A DNA stretch of 63,101 bases, the filler included, from Reticulomyxa filosa (taxonomy: Eukaryota; Protista; Foraminifera), in the NCBI GenBank assembly GCA_000512085.1. It is 15 parts of 15 records of this genome, joined end to end, with 100 filler letters (N's around TTAATTAATTAA, not from the genome) between each part and the next. Parts side by side here need not be neighbours in the genome. Positions count along the whole stretch, not along the records: positions 32,474 to 42,568 come from ASPP01007134.1; positions 42,669 to 49,295 come from ASPP01008231.1; positions 49,396 to 50,703 come from ASPP01005356.1; positions 50,804 to 54,475 come from ASPP01022258.1; 11 more parts are not named here. One strand, written 5' to 3'. Position 1 is the stretch's first letter, and each line of letters starts with the position of its first letter. Position numbers and translations under genes: made by a program. The notes beneath the pieces are model-generated. The model worked only from the letters and a program-made list of their open reading frames with translations. It ran no database searches and was not told the DNA's origin. Shown here piece after piece: positions 40,510 through 54,259 of the stretch.

Positions 40510-41243
40510 TCCTTCAACCGCGCTAGGAGTTTTGGTTGGTAGGAAACATTCAATACAAGAGATATGAAAAAAACACAATTAATGTGCACTTACTGCGAAG
40601 GTGGGCATGTACTTTGAGTCGACGATGAAAAGCTTCCACTGGATCCGTTAAAAGAGGAATTCTGCTCTTTTTTTTTTGTTTTGTTTTTTGTGTTTGTTGC
40701 AACCAATTAAAAATTGTTAAGTGTAAAACAAAAGAGAAACATTTTCTCACGAAAATAAGATGTTTGTGATTGCGGATCACAGGTGTCTGGAACTTCACGC
40801 TGAGATAACTCGTTGCTCATGCTTTGGGAGAGTGGTGCACGGCGGACATTTGAGTCAAACTTTTTTTGGTATTGTTAAACAGCACAATTTAAGTTCAAGA
40901 GTTTTCAAAGAGAAATATGCATTTGTACTTGATTTCTATAAACTCTTGGAAACTGTCTCGCTCTCATTTGTCGATTTGTAGTTTTAGCGGGCCGTAGACT
41001 CAAAAACAGATTTACGTTCCCTTTTTTAAAACATAAAACACAATGGTGCAGCTCGTAAATTTTCGCGTCTAAGCTTAAGTTATTGAAGCAAATAATGAAA
41101 GAATTTGAAATACATAAAGTGTCAATTTTTAGTAAAGAAAGCAAGCACTCGTAAAAAAGGAGAAAAAACCAGAGGGGGTTTTCCAAGTTTTTTTTAGTAT
41201 TATTATTGGATATTTTCGTCCCGTATCTTGCAATTATTGAAGA

Positions 41244-42271
41244 ATGGCACTTTTAAATCTGGAAAATGACGTGATTGTATTCATTATATTTGTTTTAATT
41301 TGGATAACGGGTTGGTGTGCCGTCATGTCTCAGGAAAAACTTTCTCTGATGGCATACGCCATGTTTTTTCCAGCAGTTGGGGCTATAATAGTCCAAATAA
41401 TCTTTGGTGAAGACGTGATAAATTTCTTATCTGTATCTTTGTGGATGGACATGAAAACATTACTCTTTTGTGTGCTAAGTGGAATATTGGGTGTTGCATT
41501 TGTACTTGCGAGTGTGATAACCTCATATTTTTTTGGATGGGTAAAAAGTACCAATAAGAAAGCGTTTGACAAAGAATTGGTTAACCCTCATAATAGTAAT
41601 TACATTTCAGGATTTCTACGAGCAGGAGGGGAGGTCATTTTCATAAGCATGTATACATACATACTCTAATCTATTTGCGTGCACACGTATACTACTACGT
41701 CCATTCCATGCACATATTATTTGCTTGTTTGTTTGAAGGCAATTAAAAAATTTTGAGCCACAAAACAAATCAAAAAAGAAATATACAATATATACATATA
41801 CATATATATATATATTTTTTTTTTTTTCCTGACTTTCATTTTTCATTGCAGGAGTTAGGATGGCGATGTTTTTTGTTTCGAAAGCTAATTGAAAATGGAA
41901 AACATACGTTCTGGGAAAGTTGCGTAATATCAGGTGTAATATGGTCATTGAGCCATTTGCCAGTGATGATAATATTGACCCGGAGATATAACCACAAAGA
42001 CCCCTTTCTTTTAATATTTTTTCAATTTTTTGGTATCGCTTTGTCTGGAGTGATTTACAATTGGCTTGCTCTCCGAAGCAATTATTCGTGGTTTGTTGTG
42101 TCATTCCTACGCTTTACTTTCAACCAAATCAATCCGCAGTTGTTGGGAAATATATATCTAAACAAGCCTGGCTATCTTGGAGGCGATCTATGGCGGATCA
42201 ATGCCGAAGGTGGAATTAGTGGTTGTATTGTGGGTCTACTTTGTTGCTGTTTAATCGCTCTCTTCGACTGA
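41244..42271 (+). CDS. CPBP/Abi (type II CAAX protease family) intramembrane protease-like protein, 2 exons
   Basis: Intron 41634-41851 joins RAGGE|ELGWRCFL (EExxxR motif). SGVIWSLSHLP supplies motif 2. Several TM helices. Motif HxxxN reads RFTFN. Confidence 0.85.
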
Positions 42272-42760
42272 CACTATACAGCTTCTTGTTTTGTTTTTTT
42301 TTGCACATCAAGTGTCAAACTCTTTCGAAATGCGTCTCTTTTCCACTCAAAAGTATATAGAAAGATGAATGAAATTACTGTTATACTCAAATTGTCACAA
42401 TTGGCCTTGATCTTTTCACAGCTGTGACACCTTTCAGATGCAGTTTCATTTCAAAAATAAATTTTAGAAGCATGTTCTGTCAAAGTGACTTATTGCACTC
42501 TGTTAATATTCGAAATATGTTGAACTTTTGAAATAAAATGCAAGTTTCAACTTAGTCCAAAAAAAAAANNNNNNNNNNNNNNNNNNNNNNNNNNNNNNNN
42601 NNNNNNNNNNNNTTAATTAATTAANNNNNNNNNNNNNNNNNNNNNNNNNNNNNNNNNNNNNNNNNNNNTTTTTTTTTTTAAAAAAAAAAAAACAAAAAAA
42701 ATTAATTATTTATTATTGCTATCATTATTATTATTATTATTATTTCTCAAAAAAAAAAAG

Positions 42761-45700
42761 GTTGCACAGTGATAGCTCAGTATTTGAAAGAAGCCCCATA
42801 TCCTCCCAGTGAAATACGGCTGTCACAAAACCGCATTGGGGTGAAAGGTTTTTCAGAGCTGATGGACGCGATCAAAAGCCGCGAGACAAGACGAATGACA
42901 ATCCAGTATCCGATGATCCCATGGAGCCGCTATCATCTGCAAAACCGACTGCCGCTGTGGCTGGAGTTGGAAGACAATCACATTGATATGGACGAAGCAT
43001 TGGCACATTGCAAGAAACAATCCATCCGATTTTGTCTGGCCGAAAATCACGTGGAGAAGAAGTTGCTGCATTCGTCGACCGATGTCTCCTCGTCTTCGAC
43101 GTCAACAGGAGGATCCTCCCTATCTGCACTAAACAAAGCAAGTGCAATGACAGCAAACGGCGCGAATGCGCAAAATACGAAGGACATATATGGATGCAGG
43201 ATCGGAGAAGATATGAATACCATTGCGTGCTGTCATAACCGAGCGTGTGTGCCAACACCCGAAATGATGGAGTACTACAAGAAATGCCAACAGGATTTGA
43301 ACACATTGGTCGCGGCCGTGGCCAAGAGCAAGAAATACAATCATGCCACGTACTCTCCCGTGCTGGATCTGCGAAAAAACTATGGTGCGCTGCAGTACGA
43401 TCTCGAAGACCAACAGCTGTTGGCCCAGCTCAAAAACAACAACAAAACATGCGTCAAACTTTGTCCTTGCTTTCCCATACCCAAAGAGTGGGCCTTTGAA
43501 ATACCCATGGTTCATTTGCATCGTCTCAAAAACCAACTCGTCAATCATTTGGAACATCTCACTCAAGTCGATTCCAATGGCACCCTATCTTCGACATTTG
43601 ACGCTGGACATTTAGCAAAGCCTACGCAACATGTCTTGGACGAAGACTTGGTTGAAGAGAAAAAAGAACCTTCTTCTTCTTCTTCTTCTTCTGAATATTC
43701 CATGCAAGATGAAAAAAAAATAGCGGCGACAGATACGTCGGATCACAGTAGTAACAATAACAAACACGATGATAATGGCTTGTATTTGGTTTGCGATGTA
43801 CATGCTCTTACTGGAATGAACACAACTGTAAATCAAAAACGAGCAGATTGGGAGTTGGCCGCAAAGAATTGCGAACTTATTCTTGAGTTGGTTCGACAGA
43901 AAGTAATTCGGACGGGAAAATCACCACCCAATTCCAATGCCTTTGAAAAAATGCTTCGCACCCAAATCTTGCCCAATCTCAAAGCTGACTTGGAGCCACA
44001 TCAAATCAAACAAATGTACAACGATCTTGCCATCCACTCCAAAGTTTTTTAAATATTTTTTTCTTCTTCTTTTTAATTTTAAAAAAAAAACATTGAATAA
44101 ACAAACGACACTCTATTTTTATGTTTGTGTTTGTTTTGGAATAAGCAAGTGAATAACATCCAAATTGTAAACAATAATGTCATTTCGTCTGCCATTCAAC
44201 GTGCGACATACGCAATGCCGGAAAAGCTCCCCATGGAAAGAGACTCGAACGAAACGTGGAAAGAGTTTTTATTAAAAGACATTATTCGTCCCTTGGGAAT
44301 AACCATCAATGCTAATGAATTGAATTCGCATGTGAAAACGGCGCGTGCGTTTCGAGCGAATATTTTCGCGTTGCAACAGGTCTGTGCTCTGTGATATCTT
44401 TGTTCTCAAAGAAAGATGAGAAGAAAAGAGAGAAAGAAAAGAATGCTGTTTGGTATTGGCATAGTCGGAAGATTCAAATGTATTCAATTTCGATAAATTG
44501 ATGGAGAAAGCGGCGAAACAAGAATTCGGATTTGGAATGCCGAAGCAACAGGACAAAACCGTGCTCTTGGTCCCTTACACGACAGTCCAAGAACTGGAAA
44601 ACATAAAGACCACTCGAAAGAATACCGTTCGTTCACAGAAGCTGACAGGATACAACGGAGTCTTTGATAAGGCATCGCGGCTTAAATTTTTGCAAATCAG
44701 TTCGCAAGAAATGGAAGTATGTCAATTATATTTGTTGGAGTTGTTACTATTATTATTATTATTATTTTGTCATTTTTTTTTTTTTTTTTGAATTTCAAAA
44801 TTCTGTGTTGTCTCTTTCTTTTGTAGTCTATTTCTGTGTGTATATGTTGATTTGGTCTCTTTCTATCAATGACGTCCCTCAGATCAATATAGAGTTGCCT
44901 ACCACCGTATGTGAAACATTCCGGGGCGATTGTGCACGTGGCCAAAATGTACCACTCGCGACTCAATACCGCGTCGAATATTAACTCGTTTTTATTAACT
45001 TGGAATTATAATGACGTGTTTTTCTTGGCCGTTCGAAAAGGCATTCCTGTCGTTGCCTTGTCCGATCTCAACAAAGAGCTCGCAAAGCATCTGGACAAAC
45101 CATGGTCGGCATCCTTGTTGAGGCCCATCCTCAGTCACATTTACGCCAGGTGCAAAAATCATTCGGTCGTAAATTCATCCCAAATCGCTTCCGTTCCTTA
45201 CTTTAATCATGGTCCCCCTTCTCATATTGCCTCTGCTCTACCACAGTTTTGTTTGTTGTTTTTTTTCATTTTCTTACTCCTCGCTTCTCTATTTATTTAA
45301 ACATGTACATAAAATATATACATTATACAAATGAACGGAAAATAGATGGAAACCTCGGGAGCCCCAATCGGTGAATAATGGTATCCAGCCACAAACGACT
45401 TCATTTCAGCCACAGCCGAACCACTCTTCATTTCAACCACAGCCGAGCCACTCTTCATTTCAACCACAATCGAATCATTCAATAGCAATGAATGACGCGG
45501 ATCGCGAGAGTGTGAAGCAGATATTGAACACCCTCTATCCTGAGATGCTTCAAGCAGTTAGCATTGCTACCCAACTGACACACGCCTTGGAATTGCAGAA
45601 TTTGGTGATTGCAAGTGGACAAAATATGAACGATAACACGTTTAATGTCCCAACACATTGTGCCACCGACGCAAGACATCACTTGTCTCGCTGGAATCAA

Positions 45701-46379
45701 ATGTTGGAAAAGTTTAACTCGTTCAACATTCACAAGTTTTTGGTTCACAAATCGTTTGCAAGTGCTGCTCCTTCGCCTCCGCAAAATCATTACAACCAAT
45801 CCAACGCCGTCCAGCCGACAGAACACTCGCAGCCTACTCAAAACTTCCGGCCTCAGTCTGCCATTCCGGCAAATCCTGCTTTCCGAACAATTTCTGCCCC
45901 TCAATCGACTCAACCTTTCTATCCGTCCCGTGACTCGCAAGTGACCAATAATTCCTCTTATACATTCGTGTCTGTTCCCGATACGTCCGCCAGTCAAAAA
46001 CCTTCGCAAACGTACACCACTTATCAACTGGCGCATGCTCCCAAGCCATCCCGGGACCACTCGCAGCAACCAACCAACGACAAAAACGTGGAACAAAAAG
46101 AAGGAGCACAAACCTGAAGTGACAGAGCAAAAAAAAGAGGAGAAACCTATTAAAACACAGCCAGAGACAGTCGTAAAAACGGCTGACAACAGTCAAGACA
46201 ATGCTTTGCGATCCGCTGCTCCTGTTACCATTTCCGTGAAAGGTCCAAACACTGAAATTTATGGGGAAGATCTCGAAAATGCTGGAACTGATGACATTGT
46301 CGTTGTGGTGGAGGATTATGCGCGTAAATTGTTCTTAGATGAAGGTAGTGTGTCCATGAAAAAACCTTTGGGAGTCTAA
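42761..46379 (+). CDS. LRR-containing protein with a degenerate PIN-like domain and a Q/P/S-rich tail; 5' truncated
   Basis: LRR EIRLSQNRIGVKG and PLWLELEDNHI. PIN-like motifs YLVCDVHAL, VLLVPYTTVQELENIK and LLTWNYN..LAVRKGIPV. A frameshift near 46100 links ORF 45371 to 46035..46379. Confidence 0.7.
45383..45481 (+). repeat. 27-bp coding tandem repeat (SSFQPQPNH, ~3.5 copies)
   Basis: ccactcttcatttcaaccacagccgag-type units. Confidence 0.85.
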
Positions 46380-46950
46380 CTTTTGTCCTCTTTATTATGT
46401 GGGACGGGTTCTTGTTTTATGCGTGAATTATTGATGTAGCGCATACTTTTGTCACAAAGATGTTGCTTCACTACTGCCAAATCAAACCTTTGTTAATGCA
46501 ACTATGTGACTGGTGATTTATGCGAAATGCTACCCTTTTTTTTTACTGAAATCTTATTGCTCGCATACAACATTCTCAAAAAAAATACTGAAGAAAATTT
46601 TTTAAAAATGAAAACTAATTCTTTTTATCCAAGAGCTGCTCTTTTGGAACAAAGCAAATTATGTTACCCAATATTTAGAAAGCTTTTTTGTGATTCCTTT
46701 TTATGTAAAAATTACCACAAGCAACAAGAAAAGAGAGGGAAAAAGAAAAGCAGTATTTATTTGCAACGCTTTGCTCAACAAAACGCAAGCCACCCTTTTT
46801 GAACGCCTGCTTCTCCGTATATATTTGGATGAAAAACAAGCAAAGACTTACTTGTCCTATAGATCACCCCTTTAAAACGGAATTTCAAAAAAAAAAAAAA
46901 TAGCGGCAAATTGTCTTTAATTCTGTGATCATTCCAAAGGGTTAGCGGGG

Positions 46951-47918
46951 TCAATGATGATCATGGTGATGATGGTGATCATGATGATGGTGATCATGAT
47001 GGTGATGACTATCGATGTGATGACTATCGATGTGATGAGTTATCGGATGGTGATGAACATCAAAATGATGATGGCTATCGTGATGCTGGAAGGGCACGGG
47101 CACAATTGGCGCTTGGAATTGAGGGCCGTCAACGCGAAGAAGGGTCAACGGGTCATTGGGGTGGCAATCCACATCGTGAATAATATGTACCATTTCTTTA
47201 GTGATATGGCAAAAGTATAAGGTAAGCAATGCTAAAAAAGCAGAGACTACGCCTTCCAAAACAAATGCATTAACCGTCCACCAAAACGTCATTATAAAAA
47301 GAAAGCCGCCGAAAGTGACAAATAAAGTAGATACATTCGCAAATACCTTTCAATAAATCGTTTTGCCCCCACATACCCATAAAAGCACATTATTGTCGCA
47401 AATATAGTGATTATCCATATCCATGTACTGTGTGCTATCGTCGCCAATGAGCTGCATAAAAACCATGCTAACGCTTGAACCACGGCAGTTGCTCCTGAAT
47501 TTTTGTTTGTCAAATTATTTTTCTTTACTTTTTTTTTAAAAAAAAAGCAAACGAAACTGATGCCTATGTCGTAGTTGAAAACAAAGCAACATGTTCGGTT
47601 ATTGAGTCTCGCCATGATTGCTGTGTGTCGGTCGGCCACTGGAGATTCAACAACTGCTTGTATTGGCTGCGACATTACATATGTTGACTGTACGGGTGGA
47701 ACTTCTGCGTAGGGTGGTGCGGATGGTTGCTGCTGTGCCACGTAGTTGGGAGGGACTTGCTGAGCTACGTATCCCGGCTGTTGAGGGGACTGATACTGTG
47801 ACTCTCCCGATTGTACATTCATCATTGCCTGGCTCTGCTCTCCAACGAAGCCTGGACCCAAATCTTGGCGCAAAGGTATTGTCTCATAAGACTCTCCGGT
47901 CTCTCCTTCACCTTGCAT
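46951..47918 (-). CDS. Small multi-pass membrane protein with N-terminal PY-type motifs and a C-terminal His/Asp tail
   Basis: Q/P-rich N-terminus (PPNY, APPY), about 4 TM helices, and tail HHIDSHHIDSHHHHDHHHHDHHHHHDHH. The two ORFs meet at 47292 via a 1-nt shift in a T-run. One intron is likely at ~47497-47570. Confidence 0.75.
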
Positions 47919-48229
47919 AATTTTTATCTTTTTTAGTCGAATTAAAAAAACTCTTTTTGTGCGACCTGCTCAACAGGTATTGTCTTTTATGCAACTCAGT
48001 GAGTCATTGGTCAATTTTATACAGATAATATTTAGGCAAGATTTTCAGCATATCTACAGATCGTATACTTTTAAATTTGTTTGACTTTTTATTATTATCA
48101 ATTTTTTAAAAAAATTAAGCTTTTTTTTTTTTGCGTGCGGAAAGTATTCTTTGATATTCAACACTAAAAATTTTGCAAAAAAAGTTTTGATGTTTTTTTA
48201 GTGACAAAAATCATTTATATAAATAGTGT

Positions 48230-49295
48230 CCTGTGTTTCCACACAATACAACTGCACCACTGTTACTCTTGCAAAGTTCTTGTGTAACATGTTTCGTCGC
48301 ACTGCAGAGGTTGTCAAATATTTCTGTTTCGCTGACATCAAAATACTTCTTCAGAAAGTGGCATCTCCAGTTTGTTGCAATTTCGTTTCTGTTTTAACAT
48401 ATGCAAGAAACTCCCGATATTCGAGCTAATGTTTCAAAGTTTTCTTGTTTCCAATTAGTGGTCTTTTCCTTTGTTTCAATGAGACTGTTCTTGCATGACT
48501 GTTTGCTTCGGCAGAAACCACTCGCACGCAAACAATTGTGATTTGAGATATGAGGCAAGTACTTGAAGATAAGCATTTATAGGCATCAGATAGGACGATG
48601 TTCCACATAATCTCAAATGAACTGCTTCTCACAGATGCTGTTACATTGCGCATCAAGCAATTCATTTGTATTTTCCGCACGTGCAGCCAAAGGAGCTACA
48701 TTTTCATCATATATTAAACGCTTACAACGCCAAAGTAGTGCAATAGCCTTTCATTAAATTTTTCTTAAGCCTGTTAGCTTGATTTTTATTTATTTATTAT
48801 TTTGAACAATGTATTGACTTTTTTTTGATACTAATTTGCCGTATTGTACTAATACGCATAATCTCTTTTTTTTTCTGCAAACAATGGCTAATGTACGTGT
48901 CAATGATATTCTTCACAAATAAAGGATCACACAAGCAGGCCTTTTTTGTTCGTAATAACTCGATGCACAACTTTGGCTTTATCAATTAAAGTATATGCGC
49001 AAGAATTTCAATGACCACTTGTATCAACTGAAAGTATGTTTCATTTAACATAATGCCTTTTGCCTCGGTTTTGTTTGAGCACACCGCAATATTGATCAAT
49101 GTCCTAATATTGATAATGGAGCCACGATCAAGAAAGGTCTAGTCATATGTTAAATTTGGCTGTCAATTGAATTTGAAAGCATCATCGTCTTTCAAACCCT
49201 GTTTCTTCAGCCAAAATACAAGGTCGTCTGTTCAGTCAATTGTGGGTCAACCAAGTTTACACACAAAATTTGTTAAGGTCGATTTGGAGGGATCC
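48230..49295 (-). pseudogene. Decayed coding sequence, possibly starting with a SAM-like segment
   Basis: Coding-like text (DDLVFWLKKQGL; IKPKLCIELLR) interrupted by many in-frame stops. Confidence 0.35.
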
Positions 49296-51199
49296 NNNNN
49301 NNNNNNNNNNNNNNNNNNNNNNNNNNNNNNNNNNNNNNNTTAATTAATTAANNNNNNNNNNNNNNNNNNNNNNNNNNNNNNNNNNNNNNNNNNNNGGCAA
49401 AGTTGGATTGAATGATTATTTGTTTAACATCTAAAGATCATAGTCTCCTGATTGTATTTGGTTTGAAGAAGAAGAGACTGATGGAATGTTTGCTGTACCG
49501 AGATTTACGTCGCAGTTGGTGGATAAATATCCAGACATTGCTTCCAGATGTCAATGTATTGTCACTATCGATGAAATATTTCATTGTTGGGGAAACCAGA
49601 TATTATGATCAAGGTTGTCAAGGCAGCAGCGAAGTTTGTTATCAATACCAAGAGAAAGATTTAAATCAATTTTCAAGTTTTTCAAGACAATTTCAATTTA
49701 AATGGAATAACTTTAATGTTTTTCTTTAATTACTTGTGTGGACCTTCTGATTTTGTGAGGTTCTTTCTTTTGTTTTATTTTTCTTCTCTTTTGAGTACTG
49801 TGTTCTATTTCTTATGACGAGGTGCTCTTTTAACTTGAAAGCCTGAGCTTGTGCAGGTAGAGAGTGCAAAAAGCAGTGCGAGTTGAGGTTGAAGCGATAG
49901 TGGTCCAATACTTGACACGCCCACTGCAGTCCATCTAAAAAAAAAAAGAACCTTTCGTTGATTTTCGATCCTTTGTGAACCTTTTTGTCAGTTTCTGGGG
50001 TCTTTTTGTTAATTTCCGGACATTTGGTGGCCTTTTTGTTAGTTTCCTGGCCTTTTCATTGATTCCCGGGCCTCCGTATGCTTCTCGCGTGTTTTTGGCA
50101 CCTAGTCCGAAAACATTTGTTAATGAGATGCCGGCCGCGATTGAAGGATGTATTTTGGCGCCACTGGCATTTGCCCCTGTTGGCTTTTTTAGTTAGCCAA
50201 TGATGATGAAGTGGATATTAATTTTTTTTTTTCCAATCCATATTAATCTCCTTGTGATCATCCTTCCATTAATTTACCAACACTTGATAGCAATGCGATT
50301 GCCTATGTTTCTTGCACTGACTGTGATCTCTATCATGCTTGGAAATATGCACAATGTTTGCCAATTCCAAATGTTTTTGCCAATAGACACGCTTTGTCAG
50401 TGTATGATCTCTGAATTTGTCTCTTTGTTCATTATTGCTGGAATAATACATATCTTATTGGTGTTCAATGCTTTGAATTGTGAATAAATTTCTTGTGTTT
50501 CCTTCATGAAGCGAATTTATGCTGTTTACCATAAGTTGGTGCTTTTCCAATTCAATTTCCTGGCAACTTATATATCATCAGATTCCTGCTTACGAAATTT
50601 GTCTTTGATTTTTGAACTCTCTTTGTAATCGTCATAAACTATCACCTCCACCATAGCTTGTTGCCTTTCCAAATCGTTCTGATACCAATTGTCGCTTCTC
50701 CAGNNNNNNNNNNNNNNNNNNNNNNNNNNNNNNNNNNNNNNNNNNNNTTAATTAATTAANNNNNNNNNNNNNNNNNNNNNNNNNNNNNNNNNNNNNNNNN
50801 NNNGGAGATTGATGTCGTGCGGCCCTGACTTTTTCAAAAAGATAATCAACGACTTGTTCAAAGAGTATGAAAGACCGTAATTGAAAGCATTGACAAAAAT
50901 GTCATCATCTTCATCATAGCATTTGCTCTTTGGAATGTAATCATGCAAGTGGAGAATCATGGCCATTGAGCAAACTCAGAAAGAAAAGTGCACAAAAGCC
51001 AGCCTCAGTAGCTGCCTCAAGATCTCAACCAATTCCAAGTCCAGCATGAGTTTATGGCTCCTAATTCGAGTTATGGCTCCAGTCCGCAACATTTCTTTCA
51101 CTTTGGTATTCATTTATGTATACGTAGAAATGATGTAATGTATATTCTCTTTGATACATATCCAATTGCTCAATTTCGGAAAAAAAAAAATAAATAAAA

Positions 51200-52013
51200 A
51201 CTAGAAAGGATCATTCGGTGAACCAGTGGAAGAAATATCGAAACTGATGTCGGGATTGGAATCGCAGCAACACTCAGCAAGAAAAAATCTTGCAAAGATT
51301 GGGAAAAGAGTGGAAATGGAATCTCAAACGAAAATACGGACTTACGTAATGACAAAGTGCATCAACCCAATGCGATGCAAGAGCAAGTGTTTGAACACGC
51401 AAAGCAATTGGTCAAATCCGTCTTGGATGGGTACAACGTGTGCATATTTGTTAAGTCCCTGCATTCCTGAATTTTATACAAAAATTTGATAACATTATAA
51501 TGTTGACTTAAGTTGAATTGGGGAAAAAAAAAAAAAACATAAATAAATGAGCATAGCAGTCGATCTCATAGCATATTATCTATTGAAGTGGTTGGAGATA
51601 ATCATGTCACTAGTGACAAACTGCATTTGATTGACTTGGCTGGAAGTGAGCAAACTTAGAGATCTGGATCCGTTTGTGAACGAATGACAGAGGCAAGAAA
51701 CATCAATTGCTCCTTGTCCGCTTTAAGCAATGTTATTGCTGCCATTCGTAATAAAGATCCACGTGTACCTTATCAAAACAGTAAATTAACTTTCTTGTTG
51801 GTAAGTTTCTTTTTGTAGTTTGATTTGAAATAATTAATAACACTTTTCTTTTTAAAAAAATAAATATAGGATGCCAGTTATAAACATTGATGTTTGTGAA
51901 CATCTCGCCATCTGTCCGAGATTTTAGATGGAACATTTTGCTCATTACAATTTGCAGATAGCGTGAAAAACTGCCTTATGACAAGCAAATCGAAATGTAA
52001 TAATAGCAAATGA
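51200..52013 (+). pseudogene. Kinesin-14 motor-domain pseudogene
   Basis: [57 protein letters not shown] and KTLMFVNISP. The P-loop segment is absent, and there is an in-frame TAG at 51657-51659 plus frameshifts. Confidence 0.85.
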
Positions 52014-54036
52014 AGGTTATGCCAATAGCGAGTCTTTGTCTGGATCAACAAGAGAAACTACGAAGTGAATTTACAGAAAATGAAGATACAAGCAAACATT
52101 ATACGTACCGCAAACGAAATGGCAAGCCAAACATTTTAACATAGCAAAACAGCACCGGAAATGTGTCGGGGTCAAAATGTAATGCCAATAGGAAGTCGCT
52201 CTGCAAGTTCACAGAACTTGTTAAGGAGTAAAATACAAAAACATTCTTTCAAATTGGCTGTGTCTTCCAAAATCTGATTGTTCAATTTTGAACAGTAATT
52301 GAGTATATTTTTCGTGTTATTTAATTTTTTAATGAATTCATATTTAATTTTCATTCGACTATCGAAAACTTTTGAAACAAAGAGAAAAAAATCAATAGCA
52401 ACAAAATACAATAATTTCATTCTTGACAAACAAGTGGCAAAAAAACCATTGGATAGAAAAAGAAGAAATATTTCCTTGATATGAGCATCATCAAAAATTT
52501 CAATATCTTTGGTTCTTAATTTTGGTAAAGGTCAATATCATGTGTACTTTTTTTTCTCAATCAAAGATTTTAATTTCTTCAAATTAAGGCGTTGTAGCAA
52601 ATTTGCAATTTTCAAAAAAAAGACAAAACTCAATAGTTAATCTTGATTTAGATTACTAATATTAATTCTTAAATTTATGAAATAATTTGTTATTACATTT
52701 CTGTTAATTTATATTAAATTTCACTTCTGTTTTTCGAAAAAAGTCCTTGTTACAACGTCAATTTTTATATATTTATTTATTCTGCATCAAATTGCGAATA
52801 TGATAGATTTTTTAACGTTAAAAAAAATTATTTCATTACAATAAAAAGAAAATTGTTGTGCTGTTAGTGATGAACTTTTTTCTCCCTTTTTCTACAGTTT
52901 TGCTAGTAAGTTTGTCCAGTGTCCAGCGTGAGTGGAGAAAATATTGTCGATCCCCGCGTATATTTCGTTTCGAGAAAGGTAGCCAAACAACTTTTAACAT
53001 TTCAAAAAACAAAGAAAAAAAGAAAAAGTTTGGAGCAAAGAAAAAATCACTTCAAAAAAAAAAAAAAGAAGAATGCGTTGAAGATTGTTTGGTTGGTATT
53101 GAAATTGTGGGTTCCAGTATCATTTCAGCTGCGGGCTCCGCCGTCATTTTGGTCGTGGGTTCCGGTATTATTTCGATTAGAGATTGGTATTGTTGGTGGT
53201 GGGTTCCTGTATTAGTGTAAGTGGAGCTAAGTCAGCCGTCAGCGCACTACAGCGCTTACTACAGCTGCGATGTATTATCGCAACATTGTGCGTGCGACAC
53301 AGGCGCATCGGTGTTTGTAGCAAGGCAAAGTCACGTCAAAGGCTTGCATTAAATACATCACCGATAATATTATGCTTGCAGTACTGATGTGGCGATGTCC
53401 ATCTGTGGATGGACATAAGATCATGTCTCCCCCCCCCCCCCTTGGTGTTACCGGCAGTGCGCCGTGCTAACAGAGGGACGAAGAGACCATACGACTACGA
53501 TAAAGGCGCCTACTGGGCTGACGACGGCCGTCACATGACATTCATCCGAGTCTCGAAGTTATTTGTGTTTTATTAATATTTGAATTTACATCCATACTAA
53601 AACTGACTGTCTTTTTTTTGTCAATAGATTGGTATGGAATTATGATCAAGATTATGGCTTTGCTTATCGATATTGTCAATGATTCCAGATACTTTTCTCG
53701 TTTGTTTTTGAGGTTGTTTTTTTTTTCCCTTTTTGCAATTTTTGTCCCTCTTTGCTCCCTTTGTACCTTTTCCTCCCTCCCCCCCGTTGCTACTTTTCAC
53801 TTCTTGCACTTTTTTTGATCACGTTTATTTTATTTCACTTCACTTGCATTTTTTTCCACTTTTTTTTTTTTTTGAACGATTAGGATGAGGGAGTTCACCA
53901 TTTGTACTTGCTTGTTGAGTGTGTCAGCTTTTTTTTTTTTCCTCACTGCGTTTGTTCTTTTTTTTTTTTTTTGATTGATTTGGATATTTGGTGCTATTTG
54001 TTGGTGTGATATCCAATTGTCATTATAATGGCGCAA

Positions 54037-54227
54037 TTATTCCTGATTCCTGGTTTTCCTGTGATGCTTTTCAGTTGGCTCCTTTGATTTTCTTTTGTGT
54101 TTATTCCGCACGCATGGCAGGCCGATTATGTGATGCAATGTTTGCATCAATTCAGGGGTCGTGACGCCACCAGTCCTGCAAGCAAAAGGGTCCACATATG
54201 TGGACAAACATAATGACGACGTCGATG

Positions 54228-54259
<32 letters not shown>

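Noticed and set aside
49940-50460. KLTKRP repeats and a QC..H..C segment as a retroelement gag/ORF1
   Set aside because: No intact zinc knuckle or RT motif is visible; too degraded to call.
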